NCBI GenBank assembly: GCA_973895155.1
Contig: OZ316896.1
Coordinates: 21,699,150 to 21,763,149, forward strand
Direction of reading: 5' to 3'
DNA from: Marsupella aquatica
Lineage: Eukaryota; Plantae; Marchantiophyta
Length of the DNA stretch: 64,000 bases
The notes under the pieces were generated by a model. The model had not been told where the DNA came from, did not search any database, and worked only from the letters and a program-made list of their open reading frames with translations. The position numbers and the translations under genes are program-made. Each line of letters begins with the position of its first letter. Positions within the stretch are counted from its first letter, which is position 1. This document shows, in pieces, positions 13,001-25,800 of the stretch.

Positions 13001-14093
13001 CTCAGTTGGATTGGTTTTAGCAGAAATCCAGAGCTCTTTTGTCACTAGTATCTGATTTGGGGTGCGCTCGCGTACATCAAGTTCTCGGTTCAGCCCACGC
13101 AGCTTTTCTGTCTACAGCATTGTTCATTCATCTGAAACAGGATCCTGGCTCAAAGTTTCACAGATTACCTGTGAAAGTTTCTTAGCAGTAGATCTCGAAT
13201 CAGCTCAGGTACAGAGACTTCGAATTGGAATTTTTGTAAATTGGGATCGTCTAATTAAGCAGTATCTCCTACGACCGTCTTGGCATTGTACTCATTGATT
13301 GGTAAGGGTTTCTGAGATCGAAACAACTATAGCAGAGAGATTGAGGGAGGTCGCCCACAACTCAATCAAACGTTTTGGTGACTTTATTATGAGGTAATTA
13401 TGCTTCGAGAGGTCGATCTCGCGAACTAGATTGGAGAGGTTGTCCCACGAGTCATTCGAGCGTCCGATTGCTTGGACATGATAGAGAATTTACGCTTTGA
13501 AGCGACTCAATCGAACGTCCGATTGCTCGGAAATATGAGGGCAATTACGCTTTGAAAGGTCGATTTAACGAACTAGATCGGAGAAAGTCATCTTAACGAG
13601 ACACAAATAAGTCGTCGACATTGACGGAAAAGATAGGGATGAATGTCTTTTTTTTTTTTTGTCTTGAACGGAAATGGGGAGGAAATACAATTAGACTCCC
13701 CCCATCCCAATGTGACAGGGATGAATGTCTTTCAGGGCGAACTTATTTGCCTGTGATCTGCAAGAAGATGAATAATAATTGTAATTCTGTAGCTCGAAAA
13801 TGAAAATGGCCTGGCTTGCATGATAACCACAGAGGGTTTACTTAGGGTTTAAAGGTTAGGCTAGGAAAAAGAAATCGGCATGATCAAGTACTTAAAGACT
13901 GAATAGCAGAGATTCGACTGGCTACCTTATTTCCGGATTACGTAACATTGAATTTGGCTGATATCAGGTGAGGAGGCCGGGTGTTGCGATTTTCCAGTTT
14001 TTTTCTGTCGTTCTGTCGAACTACGCACACTTCCCATCGTATCTATATTGCTTTTTGGACAAAGCATCGCAGGCTCCTTCGGGGTTGGGCGCC

Positions 14094-15090
14094 ATGTCGA
14101 AGGGTTCGAAGAGAGGCATGTCAATGGAGGACAAAAGGGAGAAAATGCTGGAGATCTTCTACGAGGCTCAGAGCTTCTTCCAGCTAAAAGATCTTGAGAA
14201 GCTAGGTCCAAAGAAAGGCGTCATTAGCCAGTCTGTGAAGGACGTCGTCCAGAATTTGGTGGATGATGACCTTGTGTTTAAGGATAAGGTCGGCACATCC
14301 GTTTACTTCTGGAGTTTACCAAGCAGTGCAGGTACTATACGAAATCGATTATTGCACTGTACTGTAAAACTTGTTATCATGATTGATTCTTGTAGATCGG
14401 CTTAGGTTACAAGCTCAAAATTAAGCAAACCGAGCTGGCATCGAACTGAATGTCATAAGAGTCTTTCAATTCTGAACTACTAAAATATTATTCCCGTTTG
14501 TATTCTATACCAAGGGAAGTTTACCGTCTGCTTACCGTTGGATTATCTGTTAGTCCAGTTAACACTCAGCATGATTGAAATTTCCAACCATGGACGCTCT
14601 CAGTTTTTGAACTCCGGAGTTGATTACTTCGAAAAATTGTACACCACTGTGTCAGCCATTGAAATGATTGAAGATCCTCTTGTTTGTGTGCACTGTAGGG
14701 AACCAGCTGACAACAATGCGCAAGAAGCTGGAAGACGAGCTGGAATCTTCCACAAATCGGGAGGCTGAGCTACAGAGCGAGCTAGAGCATTCCAAGAAAG
14801 GCAGAGAGGACTCTTTGGCACGTGAAACTGCCCTGATGCTCTTGAGGAAACTCCAGAAAGAGCATAAAGCTCTCCACGAGGAACTAGATTCGTATACAGG
14901 GAACGATCCAGCCCTCTTTGAGATAATGAAGAAGTCCACTCAGATAGCTCATGATGCTGTCAACAGGTGGACTGAGAACATCTTCACCTTGCAGAAGTGG
15001 TGCTCTAGCACTTTTCCCGAAGCAAAGGAGAGACTGGAGCAAATGTATGCAGAAGTGGGCATTACAGAGGATTTTGATACTCTAGTCTAG
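14094..15090 (+). CDS. MND1: Meiotic nuclear division protein 1 (HOP2-MND1 recombination cofactor); exons 14094-14331 and 14699-15090, 209 aa
   Basis: MSKGSKRGMSMEDKREKMLEIFYEAQSFFQLKDLEKLGPKKGVISQSVKDVVQNLVDDDLVFKDKVGTSVYFWSLPS and C-terminal AVNRWTENIFTL. GT..AG intron 14332-14698 joins in frame. Confidence 0.95.
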
Positions 15091-15193
15091 CTGGCTCTCT
15101 ACAGCACTTTTCTCGAAGCAAAGGAGAGACTGGAGCAAATATAAGCAGAGGTGGGCATTACAGAGGATTTTGATACGCTAGGCTAGCTGGCTC
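15006..15193 (+). repeat. Tandem duplication of the last ~95 bp of MND1 CDS into the 3' UTR
   Basis: AGCACTTTTC(C/T)CGAAGCAAAGGAGAGACTGGAGCAAAT...GATTTTGATAC..TAG.CTAGCTGGCTC occurs at about 15006 and about 15103. Confidence 0.9.
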
Positions 15194-16235
15194 CATACAG
15201 TAGCTGATAGATGTTTCGTTTCTATGAAGGGAATGGCTTTTTCCCTGTTGTAGACAAGATCTCCTCAGAGGGACTGCCGCCATTGCTGTGGTTGTTCAGG
15301 TCAGCTCGACATCCAGAGCTGCTCAGGTCAAGCATAATATATATATAGTAGAATTTACCTCTACTTGTATGATCAGGCTTTGGTGACACCAGTGCGTGAT
15401 AACCCATCTGATCAAATGTTTGCTGGATACTATCTGGACATTTTTATTATGAGTCAGCCTACAAATGTGTCATGTATAAATCGTACATTTCCAATTCTAC
15501 AGTACAGCTCTTTTTCATGTTTATGCATGGCTTGTTGCCTTGGTCAAGGTTTCCCTTCGCCCTCTTTCAATCAAGACAAAAACACACGGTGCCACCAGCA
15601 GAAATGCTCAATGGACATAATACGCTCATTCAGTTGGTGATGAATTGATGCTCGAAGCTGATCGACATAAGCTCATTGAATTGGTGATTAATATCAGCTC
15701 GATCAAGCTGACGTTTTCTCCCTCTCGGAGCAACTAAAAAATGGATAAACAACTTGGAATTGATAATGGGACATCTAGCCCATATTAGGACTTAGTATCT
15801 CTAGTTAATATCTCTCAGCATTTCTAACTTGTCACTCTCCCCAGCCAATGTCCTAAGTCCAGGGTGTTTAAGCAAATAATAATGCCATCGAAATATTTGC
15901 GACCCATAGAAAAACCACTCAAACATGATTTGGATCAAAGTACTATTGTGTTCTCCAGTCTTTGAGTGGGAGCGAGCTGGGCAAAACGGAAACTCTGTTG
16001 CCAGATTCAAACTTACGATGTTGCAGCCCCCATTGATCCGGTCATAGCTCAATCCATGCTTTCAGCTCTCAGGCAAGTTTGTTTGACACAAGGCCGGGAC
16101 GGTATGAAAGGGCTGACCAGGCTCAGACAGAGGATGCGGTCCAGCCAAATTGCAGTAAATGCTCTTCACTCTCCTTCCTAGGGCCGAGATAGTTGGTTTT
16201 AGTTTAGGGACTTTAGACAGATTATTCTCTGGGAT

Positions 16236-16490
16236 CCTCATACCAGGCTTTTCATTTCTCGGCCTGGTCAGGTGTTAGTCTTCTCGGCTACTCTGTGGGT
16301 TCTCTGGGTTCTCTCTTTTTGTCTTTTTTTCATTTGTTGCTGTGGGGGACTCCTTGGCTTGGGCTGTCTCTTTGGTCTTCTTAGGGCCTTTTCCCTTCCT
16401 TGGACATCCCCTTCTTTATTGGGCGGCTTTGCCATTGGGACCTGTCTCCCTGTTTGGCATTTTTGTCTTTTAGGCTGTGATATATATTTT
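16236..16490 (+). mobile_element. Short retroposon-like 3'-end fragment related to 6505-6725
   Basis: Pyrimidine/T-rich sequence with shared motifs and a TGTGATATATAT end. Confidence 0.4.
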
Positions 16491-17194
16491 CCAGGGAATC
16501 CCCGTCATCTCTCTCATTATGGCAGTGGTACCTTGGGTTTGTGATCCTCAAAGACTAAATAGTTATTTTTCCCTACTTCCAGACTTTCACAAGTGGCCCT
16601 TTAAAGTTTAGTTGTCGATACTAGAATCTGATTTCCTTTCCCTCTTTCCCCAAGCTGTCCCTATTTTTCCAGCCCACCATTTTTGGAGATTCTTTGTGCG
16701 AACCAGGTTAGTACTAGGGTAGCGATTGATTTCTTGGTTCACCGTTGATTGTATCTTGCTCCACCATATATCTTGACCGAGTCCCATAATGTTTACTGGG
16801 GCCCCCAGAAGTCACAAGTCAGGACACCAGTCCGTATTGCGACTTGCAGCGTCAGTAAACTAGACGCTTCGTCACTATTTACTCTCCAACGAGGCCACGA
16901 CCCTCGGTTCAGTTGGTGGCAATTTCAATAGTCGCCTAAATAATGTTTGTCGGATGAAATTCGGACAAGCATGCTTAGATTGCCCCTCCCTGTCCACTTT
17001 TCCATCACCGTCCACTACAGTACCACTTGGCTAGATTGGAGATTCGACTGTGCCTCCACAGCTCTACTCCTCTAGTACAGTACTACCTGGCTAGATTGGA
17101 CATTCGACTGTGCCTCCACAGCTCTCCTCCTCTAGCATATAGCTAGCTCTCTGCTTCGTCTGGGTTCTGCTACAAGATTCAGTCTACTGCAGTC

Positions 17195-18680
17195 TTGGGC
17201 TAGATAAGACTGTGCCTCTACTCTAGCATCTAGCTCTATGCTGTTCTGAGCTCTTGACAAGATCCGCAATGCCCTGCAGAGTTCCGCGTTCTTGAGGTCA
17301 AAAGGTTTGACTCCTTTAGTTGCTCGGTACGTCCAGTAATAGTAGGGTCATAGCATGGCAAATACGAAAAATGGGGACTGGGGAGACAAGAGAAGTCCAC
17401 CACATCCCCAGTTGTCAAGTGGTAGTGGTGTTGGACACTACCACTTGTCACTTGTCATTTGTTGGCTCCAAAAGGGGTCATTTTTTGCATATTTGTCGGT
17501 ATTCCTGACCGGCCCGAACTTTCCCGACCCCCTCCCGGACTCCCCCGGTTTAATGAGCCGGCCCCCCGGTTTGGGGTCGGGGCAGGGTAAGGTACGGTTG
17601 GCGTCGGGTCAAGGTTCATTGGGGGGGCCCGACAGGCCGGGGTCGGGCCGGGACAGGTCAGGGCCGGGGCTGGTCAGGGTCAGGGCGGGGTGTGGGCGGG
17701 TCAGGCCAGGCCGGGGCCGGGGCGGGGTGGGGTGTGGTCCAGCTCGGGCCGGAGCCAGGGGTTGGGGTCGGGACAACCGGGTGTTACAAATGTCATTTGT
17801 CGTGGTCCAGGCCAGGCGGGGCCGGGGCGGGGTGGGGTGTGGTCCAGCTCGGGCCGGAGCCAGGGGATGGGGTCAGGACAACCGGGTGTTACAAATGTCA
17901 TTTGTCGTGGTCCAGGCCAGGCGGGGCCGGGGCGGGGTGTGGTCCAGCTCGGGCCGGAGCCAGGGGATGGGGTCGGGACGACCGGGTGTTACAAATGTCA
18001 TTTGTCGTGGTCCAGACCCCTTATTTGCAGGACAAGTCACCCCTTATTTGCAGGACAAGTCCAACCCGGGAGCACGTCTACCAGAGAACAGGTCTTGCCT
18101 CTCAGGGCAAGATTCACACATTAATGCACCATTACTCTCCACCATAATACTGGGCAAGATTAGACTGTGCCTGCACTCTACCATTTAATTAGCTCTCTGC
18201 TGCTTCTAAGCACTTGGCAAGATTCACGATGCCCAGAGTTCCCCATTCTTGGAACCAATTAAAACTTGTGCCTCCTTATTTGCTCGGTCCAGTACTTGAA
18301 GAAGTGAGTTCATTGCATGGCATATACGAAGCATGGGGACGGGGAGGGAGAGAGAGAGAGGTGCACCGCATCTATATATTACTATTCGAGAGCAGGTCTA
18401 GCTTTGCCCTGACTTTAAGATTCACAAAGCTAGCATCACTCGATCTACACAACAGTCCGGGGCTAGATTAGACTGTGCCTCTACTATAGCATGATTTAGC
18501 TCTCTTCTGCTTCTAATAATTAAATTGTTGGCAAGATCCACAGTGGGCACGGTTCCCCGTTCTTGGGGCCAAAACTATTGATGCCTTATTAGCTCGGTAC
18601 AGCACCGGAAAGAGTGAGTTCATTGCATGGCAATACGAAGAATGGAGACTTGGGAGAGAGGGAGGGAGATGTCCACCAAT
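17195..18680. repeat. Three imperfect copies of a ~220-bp unit (about 17195-17406, 18150-18375, 18460-18680), with a MITE inserted after copy 1
   Basis: Recurring GGCTAGAT(T/A)AGACTGTGCCT...AGCTCTCTGCT...CAAGATCC...GCTCGGTAC...GCATGGCAATACGAA..ATGGGGAC. Shorter related units lie at 17030-17140. Confidence 0.75.
17407..18070. mobile_element. GC-rich MITE-like insertion (probably hAT) with ~105-bp internal tandem repeats
   Basis: Ends CCCAGTTG / CAACCCGGG. Imperfect 8-bp TSD ACCACATC (17399-17406) / AGCACGTC (18071-18078). Three copies of GGGCCGGGGCGGGGT...GTTACAAATGTCATTTGTCGTGGTCCAG. Confidence 0.6.
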
Positions 18681-19756
18681 TTTATTAGGGAGCAGCTCTT
18701 GACGTACAGAGGCAATCGCTCGATTGAGTTCATTCGAGAGTACATTGCAGGCTTAATTTTAAAGTTTTCACTGTTTCGCCAGTGTTGCATTTCTAAGGTT
18801 CTTCCTTTTTAGCCACGGGCAAATGTCACCTTGACTGTGAATGAGAAGATGCTAGGAATAACTTTATCTGATTTTCCTACGCTATGTTCAGATGTCCCTA
18901 GATATAAAGTTGACTTTTAGATTCTGGCTAATGGAAGGGTGGCAAAATAAATTGGATCGAGACGAGAATCTAGTAATTTGGGCCCTTAAAAAATCCTGTT
19001 CACTATAGTCCTAGCATCTAAGCGCATAATGGATAACTCCACTCAATGGATAATGAGTGGATAAGTGTGGAATGGATGGCTCCAATTCCATGGATAAGTG
19101 CAGGCTGGTTCTCTTTTTAGATACTCCAATTAGACACGGGAGTAGTGTACCTTTAATTTTAAGAGGCAATTGGTCGGGTGGTTAGCTGAGCTACCTACAG
19201 TGCTCCACTGGAGCCCAGCCAGGCATGGTCGTTCCGTTCGGACGTCACTCACTCTTCAAAAATTATTATTTTACATACATACCAAGTCATTTTTTTTCCA
19301 TGGACATACATTTTGGTGGGACCCTGGAGTCACACCCTAGAGTCATGGTCTAGAGAAGATCTATTGTAGCGGCTTCACTCTAGAAAGACCCCAACTCTAG
19401 CTTCTGATCAAATTTTATTAGGACTATAGTCACCAAGGAAGCCCTGGCTACCATAACGAGTCCAAAATGTATTTAAAAATAGATTATTACGGTCCAGTTA
19501 GAGACTCTTGCAAATTTATAAATTCAGAGAAAATTCCACATATCCATTCATTCTTATCCATTGGATTTTACTTATCAATGGTGGAGATTGCGCAACGTGT
19601 CGTATCACTCGTGTGACCATTCAAGACACTCGTGTGGCAACCGTGAATAAAATGTTGGGTTCATTTGCAAGAATGATACACATTCTTTGATGTCAAATTT
19701 AAACAAAAACTTGGGTAGTACTTTGGGTAATAAAATAAGATAACAAGCTAGTCTTA

Positions 19757-21726
19757 CTGCTTTACGAGAAGCCTCCGCGGCCCACCCCCAGTGTATCTTC
19801 CCCTCCCTTTCAGATGACACCCACATCATTGGTCCACCTGTTGCTGTTACTTCTGCCCTCGCCACCCTTTCCACCCATTTGTTGGGCCTCGGTTTACGAG
19901 TTCAGCCGGTGAAGAGTCGTGCATGGAGTCCAGCTGGGTTACCCTCTGATCTTGCGCTTCCCCTGGGTTCTTACGTCCTACCGACGGTCTTCGGGTCCTT
20001 GGCTCCCCAGTCGGTACCGCCTCCTTTTGCTCATCTTTCATTGCTGACGCTCTCTAGGCTACCTTAGCCCCTACTCCTATGCTCCCTAAGTTAGCAGACT
20101 CTCAGGCAGCATTTGGGTTGTTGTTGAGATGCATCCACCCTCGTGCGTCCTATTTGGCTCGGACACATCCCCCTACCGAGGATCTTTATCTACACCTCCG
20201 AGCGTTTGATGTCTCCATTCGTGAGACTTTGGCCTCTCTTTTAGGGCCAGGTACTTTACTCTCATCTCCGTGGCTTCATCGACAGCTCAGTCTTCCTATT
20301 TCTCACGGTGGTTTTGGGCTTACTTCCACTGAGCGCCTTGCACCTTTGGCCTTCTTGGGCGCGTGGGCGGCCGCCTTCTCATTGTTGGCTAATCGTTTCC
20401 TTACTGAGGATCGACCTTTTTTACTTTCATCCCTCATGGTCGTCGAGGAGGGTTCCCTCCCATTTCAGGTTCATTTGCGCACGGCGCGGTCATCATTACC
20501 CGATCCTGTTCGAGCTGCGTTACCTTCATTCCAGGAGTTTTTATCCTTGGACCCCGTCCGTCTTCAGGCAGACCTTGCTGGGCGTATGCACGCTTTCACC
20601 CTTTCCAGCATCCTCACCGAGGCACCTGACACAGACCGAGCTCGGATTCTTTCTTCCGGGGGGAAAGGCGCAGGAGGCTGACTTCAGGCCAATCCAGTCA
20701 TTCCTCACCTGCGGATGTCTTCAGCGGAGTTTGCGACAGCCATGCATCTTTGTATGGGCTTGCCCCACCCACTTCTTGCTGGTTTACCTCCTACTTGCAG
20801 TTGTGGGAAGCCTTGTGATGCCACAGGTGTCCATCTTCTTCGATGCGGTTTGGGCGGCGAAACCATTTTTGTTCACGACGCTGTGAGAGATGCGACTGCT
20901 CAGGTTCTCTCTGGCTCTTTGGTCTGCGCGCGGCGGGAGGTGGTGCTCGAGTTACCTGGTCCTCCATCACAGCGGTTACGGGTGGATCTTACCATGGTCT
21001 GTGACGGTCACCGTACTTTGGCAGATGTAGTGGTGGCAAACCCATTGCGCCAAGACATCATTGGGACAGCGGCAACAACGGCAGGGGCAGCAGCATCATG
21101 AGCAGCAACAACAAAGGAGGCCAAATATGCTGCACGAGCTTCATCTGATAGCTTCTTGCCCCTTGCTCTTGAGATATTTGGGCGTCTCCATCATCAGTTC
21201 GACGGGCTTCTTCGCCAAGCTGCTCGAGATGTTCACGGCCGGATGGGTCCCACCGGGCCCCCGCTATCTATTTTGACCACGCACTTTTGCCAACGCATTT
21301 CAGTCACCTTACAGCGTGCTCAAGCTCGGGCCGTCTATCGTCGATCTCTGACAGTGGGTGCTAGTGTGACTCCGCAGCGGCTAGCCCCCCTAGAGGACAT
21401 TCCTGTCCCACTTGCCGATCTAGTTTCGACACTTGATGTAGACCACTAGCTTGTTGCCACATTTGCTAGGTATGATGAGGACCTCGGTCCATTTGCGGTA
21501 GTTTTAGTTACTCTTTCTTGGTTTTTAGGGGTTTCTTTTTGCTCACTTCTTTTAGTTCCTCTTTCTTGGTTTTTAGGGTTTCCTTTTGCTCACTTCTTTT
21601 GCGTTTGGTTTTGTCCACTTGGGACCTCTCTTGTTTATTCTTTTGTACTCTATTTGGCCTTTTTCTGTATAAAGTATGTGTATATATATATATATATATT
21701 TTTTATTTTATTTTTTATTTTATTTT
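19757..21726 (+). mobile_element. 5'-truncated non-LTR retrotransposon of the RLE type (CRE-like), decayed
   Basis: RT C-terminal motifs (FPSLSDDTHIIGP, GLRVQPVKS, GLRVLGSPVG), QLSLPISHGGFGL, Zn-knuckle CSCG...HLLRC...HDAVRD and RLE motifs RVDL...DVVV...KEAKY...PLALEIFG. In-frame TGA stops at 20679 and 21099. (TA)n/(TTTTA)n tail. Candidate TSD TAGTCTTA at 19749-19756 and 21727-21734. Confidence 0.88.
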
Positions 21727-22183
21727 TAGTCTTAACCATTGATGTTTGTTGATCAATGATGAGAGTTGTGCAATGTGGGTTGATGCACAATAATGTCGCT
21801 TGTGTAAAAATTGTCATGTGTGCGAGAATGGAAGTGCGCAAGAATAGTAATGTGTGTGAGAAGTATAACGCATGTAAGATCTATGCTAGTTGTCACTCAA
21901 AAACTGGGAAAGAATAATTATTAAATATGGGCCAGTAGTGTGGGTCAACTAAGTTGAAGCCAAAATCAACATGGATCTCTCATAAAAAATCATTTTTGTT
22001 TTACTCAACCAAATGGGCTGAACATTCTCTAAGGGATAGAGAGGAAAGTTGGGGAATCTAGTATTAAAGTTGGAGCTCAAACTTAGCTCCAAATTGTGAG
22101 TTAAAAAATATATTGATTTGAAAATTTTGTCTTAATCCAATCTCATCAGTCTATTCATTAAAACTGGAAAATTATTTGATCTT

Positions 22184-22310
22184 TGGACATTTGGGCACCA
22201 AAATATATACTTTTGGGTACAAGAATTATACATTTGGGCAGTGAAAGTTGTATATTTGGGCACAAGATCATGTACATTTGGGGAATCAAGATTGTATATA
22301 GGGGAAAATG
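22184..22310 (+). repeat. Left subterminal ~22-bp repeats of the transposon
   Basis: About 5-6 units of (T)ACATTTGGGCACAAGAATT-like sequence. Similar units in the same orientation lie at 35396-35458. Confidence 0.7.
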
Positions 22311-22871
22311 AAATATTAATTTGGATTCTAAAGAAAAACATTTGGGTGATAATAATGTAAAATATGTTGGATAAGAAGTAGAAAATTGATTCAATCTGAC
22401 TAACTAGTAAGTAAGTAATATAATATAACTAAAGCTAACTTCAATATGATCTCGACCCTAGCTATTGTAAACCTTCTACGTAATAAATGAAAGTATTAAT
22501 TTATAAACTTGTCAGAATGGTATCTATCCATATTAATTCAAGTAACTAACTAATTTGTTAGTACATTCTACAGTAAGCAACTCGAGTTGAAACTAAGGTT
22601 TACTAGAGGCAGTCACATCCCATCACGGATATGACTTCTTGTAATATAGTCAGATAGTATATTATGTAATTATAATTAAAGCAATTAATATAAAGGTATC
22701 CAAGTCCAATTAATACCTCCTGCCCACCTATTCAAACTAGTCTCCCAAAATATTATAAAAGTTACTTAGATTCACTAGTAACCAACTAGCTAGTACGTAA
22801 ACTAAGACATTCCAAACCAATTGACATACTTAGACTCCCTCACTCTGACTACTAGAAAACTTTAATTTGAC

Positions 22872-25800
22872 TTAATGAACAATCCCTTCCATGTAGGTTT
22901 TGAGTGTTTTCAAAACACTCTTGGGAATGGTCAAACCTCTATCAATTATATTTTCTTCTCTAGAGCGTGACTTGAATCCATACATAGCAGAATTAGCAAA
23001 TTGCCAACGTTCAGTGGCACTGTCAAACCCAGGATCCATCTCCCAAGTCTTAGTGGTCTGAAAGCAACGTGAATATCGCACATGATCCGGTGCATCATGT
23101 TTACCATGTTTAGGCCTCCACCATTGCACTTGGAACATAGGAGCATACCTTGTACTAGTAGAAATACTATTATTGCATTGCAAGTCTCCTGAAGGAACTT
23201 CATGGTTTGGGTCCACAACACCCAAAGCTCTCACCAACCAGAAAAGTTCCTTGCCATTCTTCTTTTCCCATTCATCCTCTGGACGAAGAAATACAAAGTG
23301 TCCCTCTTCAATGTCCTGGAGAGGAATCCAACGGGCAAGTTTTCGCTCGTGTCGAGTGCCAACAAATGGTGCAGTTTGATCCTCCATCTCTTCCAGGTAA
23401 TCATTCTGAAGCTCCACCATTTCTGGATTTTGTGTACTACTACTAGGTTCCCCCAATGGTTCAGAGGTTCCTATACTATTCACCTTGTAACCAGTTCCGT
23501 GGTTGGTTTTTGGCCAAAACTCATATGTCAATGCCAACTGTACTTCGGCCTCCCCTTCAATTGTAAGCTCCCCAGATAATACTTGCACCACCATTTCCCA
23601 ATATTTCACCAAAGGAAACCTCTCACGATATGCTGTAGAGGTCTCATCCTTACAACTCTTCTTCAAAAACTCGATGTAACGATTAAGGAATGGGATGATT
23701 TCTTCAACCTTGCCTCGTACATCCCCGGAGATGGGTTTTGCAAACGGTTGACCTTCTGGTAAAATGAGAGCATTGGTGTTGGAATCAGTTCTCCAAATGG
23801 ACCTTCCGGTTGGAGGATACCAAGGTTGTTTCACATGTGCTTTGTATTGATATACTGGAACATTATCTCTCATAGAGAAAAGAAATGCCACTGGTTTTGA
23901 GTGACCCTCTATGTCTTTTACCTTGAATGTTTTCAAAAACTCTTTGTAAGCTGCAACCTCTTGAATCAACCGTGGAACAGGATGAATGCTTTCACACTCC
24001 CAAACCTCAGCCATCAACCCCAAGAGGGTAGAAACCTCCTTGTACTTCACTTGGTTGGATACTTTTGAAAACAATGCATCGACATCCTCATGGGTGTGAC
24101 CAACCATGAGAAATGACATCTGCACTGTTTCAAAGACCCCTCTACTAACAAGCTCACTGCAAAATGCCATCACGTATTGGTTTTTGTTATCTTTCCATGA
24201 ATTATCCATTTGCAAGGTCAGGTGCCTTGGCAATGGTTTGAAAGAGGTAGCAGCCTTGGGATCAATACCAAACTCGTCATCCACCACATTTGATAACCCA
24301 ATATCTTGGTCATCTTCAACTCCTTGAAATCTAGCAATTGAGACTTTTTTGGGTTCTAAGTACCCTGCAAGAAATGCTTCAAAGTCCAAAAGAGATTGAA
24401 AAATTGGCCTCGTTGCAGCCCAATATAACCCTTCAAGGAGGTCTCCAGATTTGTCCCCCTTGTAATCCTCCAGATCTCTAAGGCACTTGGCCAACGATGT
24501 CACTGTGAAGTCTGCATCTCCCGGCCAAAGCTCAGTGAAACTGAAGTGAGCATACACTCCGGGATCCCTTCCGTGGGTCAACATCCCAGTGAGCGCAATG
24601 GGGAGAGGTTGACCACTGCCAGACAATGATTTAGGAGTGGGGACCAACCTAGGGATCCATGTCTTGGCTTGGTCCATCTTGTCATGTATAATGCCAAAGA
24701 TAGTTCTCAGGATCCTTCTTCGCAAGAACCCTGTGAGCATAGTAAACATATCTCCTAGACATTTGCTCACGAAGATGACGAGCTCTTCTTTCCTCAATCT
24801 CTAAACGCTCTTTCTTTCTCTTCTCACGCATCAACTGATCTTTGAACTCAGTGCAAAGTATACACTTTGCAAATGCACTACCCTTGTGAAAGTCAAAATT
24901 CATGAAGGACTCACTCCAGAGTTTATACATAGTGTTTTCACTCACCTTCACGTAGCCATCTAATTCCATCTTGGAGTACACCTCCTCAAAAATCTCTTTC
25001 TTTGTGAAACAAGATGGAAGTCTATACTCAACCGTGTTAGTACCATGAGACCCTCCATAGGGTAGATGCGGCATGGGTTCTCCGTTTTGGGTTAGAATGG
25101 ACTCCAACAAAGCACGAGCGTGCAAGGTGCTTCCCCGTGTCTTGTGTGAACCCTTGTTTCCATGGAATTCAACCTTGCAACCTGCTTCGTATTGATTTTT
25201 GTAATCATAATACTTGGCAGTGCTGAATCCATGCATTTTAATAAATGCACCCTTGCATACAAGTCGACCTCTTACAACAAAATATCCTTTTGTCTCCACT
25301 TCCTTCTCCCTGCAACCAAAAAGAGTGAAAATGTGACTGGTTTTGTTGTCGCTTGACATCCCATGGTATTCCCTCCTTATCGCCTGTAGGTCTTCTCTCG
25401 GCATGTTGAGGCAACACTTCAACTTACAACAACCTTCTCTTTGGATGGAATCAATTTCCTCTTCTGTGATTTTCAGAATTGCCCTTGACTCCAGGTGCTT
25501 CTTCCTTTTTTCATCAGGGTTCCCCTTCGTTCTCTTGATGAAATTATAAGGCCGTTTTGAAAACTCAGTATGACCATTCATATCTACCTCTAGACGATCT
25601 CGACCATCAATAATTGGCTCGGGAGAAACCTCTCCAATGAGATCCAGAAGAAAAATCCCCCTTGATATCAGCACAAGTGAACGGATGGCCCACCTAACAA
25701 GACCGGGCACTCCGGGGGAGATATTCGGGAAAAATTGAGGGTCAATCACGCCTGTGACAACAACCCCAACGTGATCTGGCCCAAGAACCTCATCATCAAT

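Noticed and set aside
10090-13300. Coding-like composition, possibly a decayed LRR or other pseudogene
   Set aside because: Only short ORFs, and no motif convincing enough to assign by eye. BLASTX is needed.
17355-18188. 277-aa ORF and overlapping ORFs with repeated peptides
   Set aside because: They are translations of the GC-rich ~105-bp tandem repeats inside a MITE.
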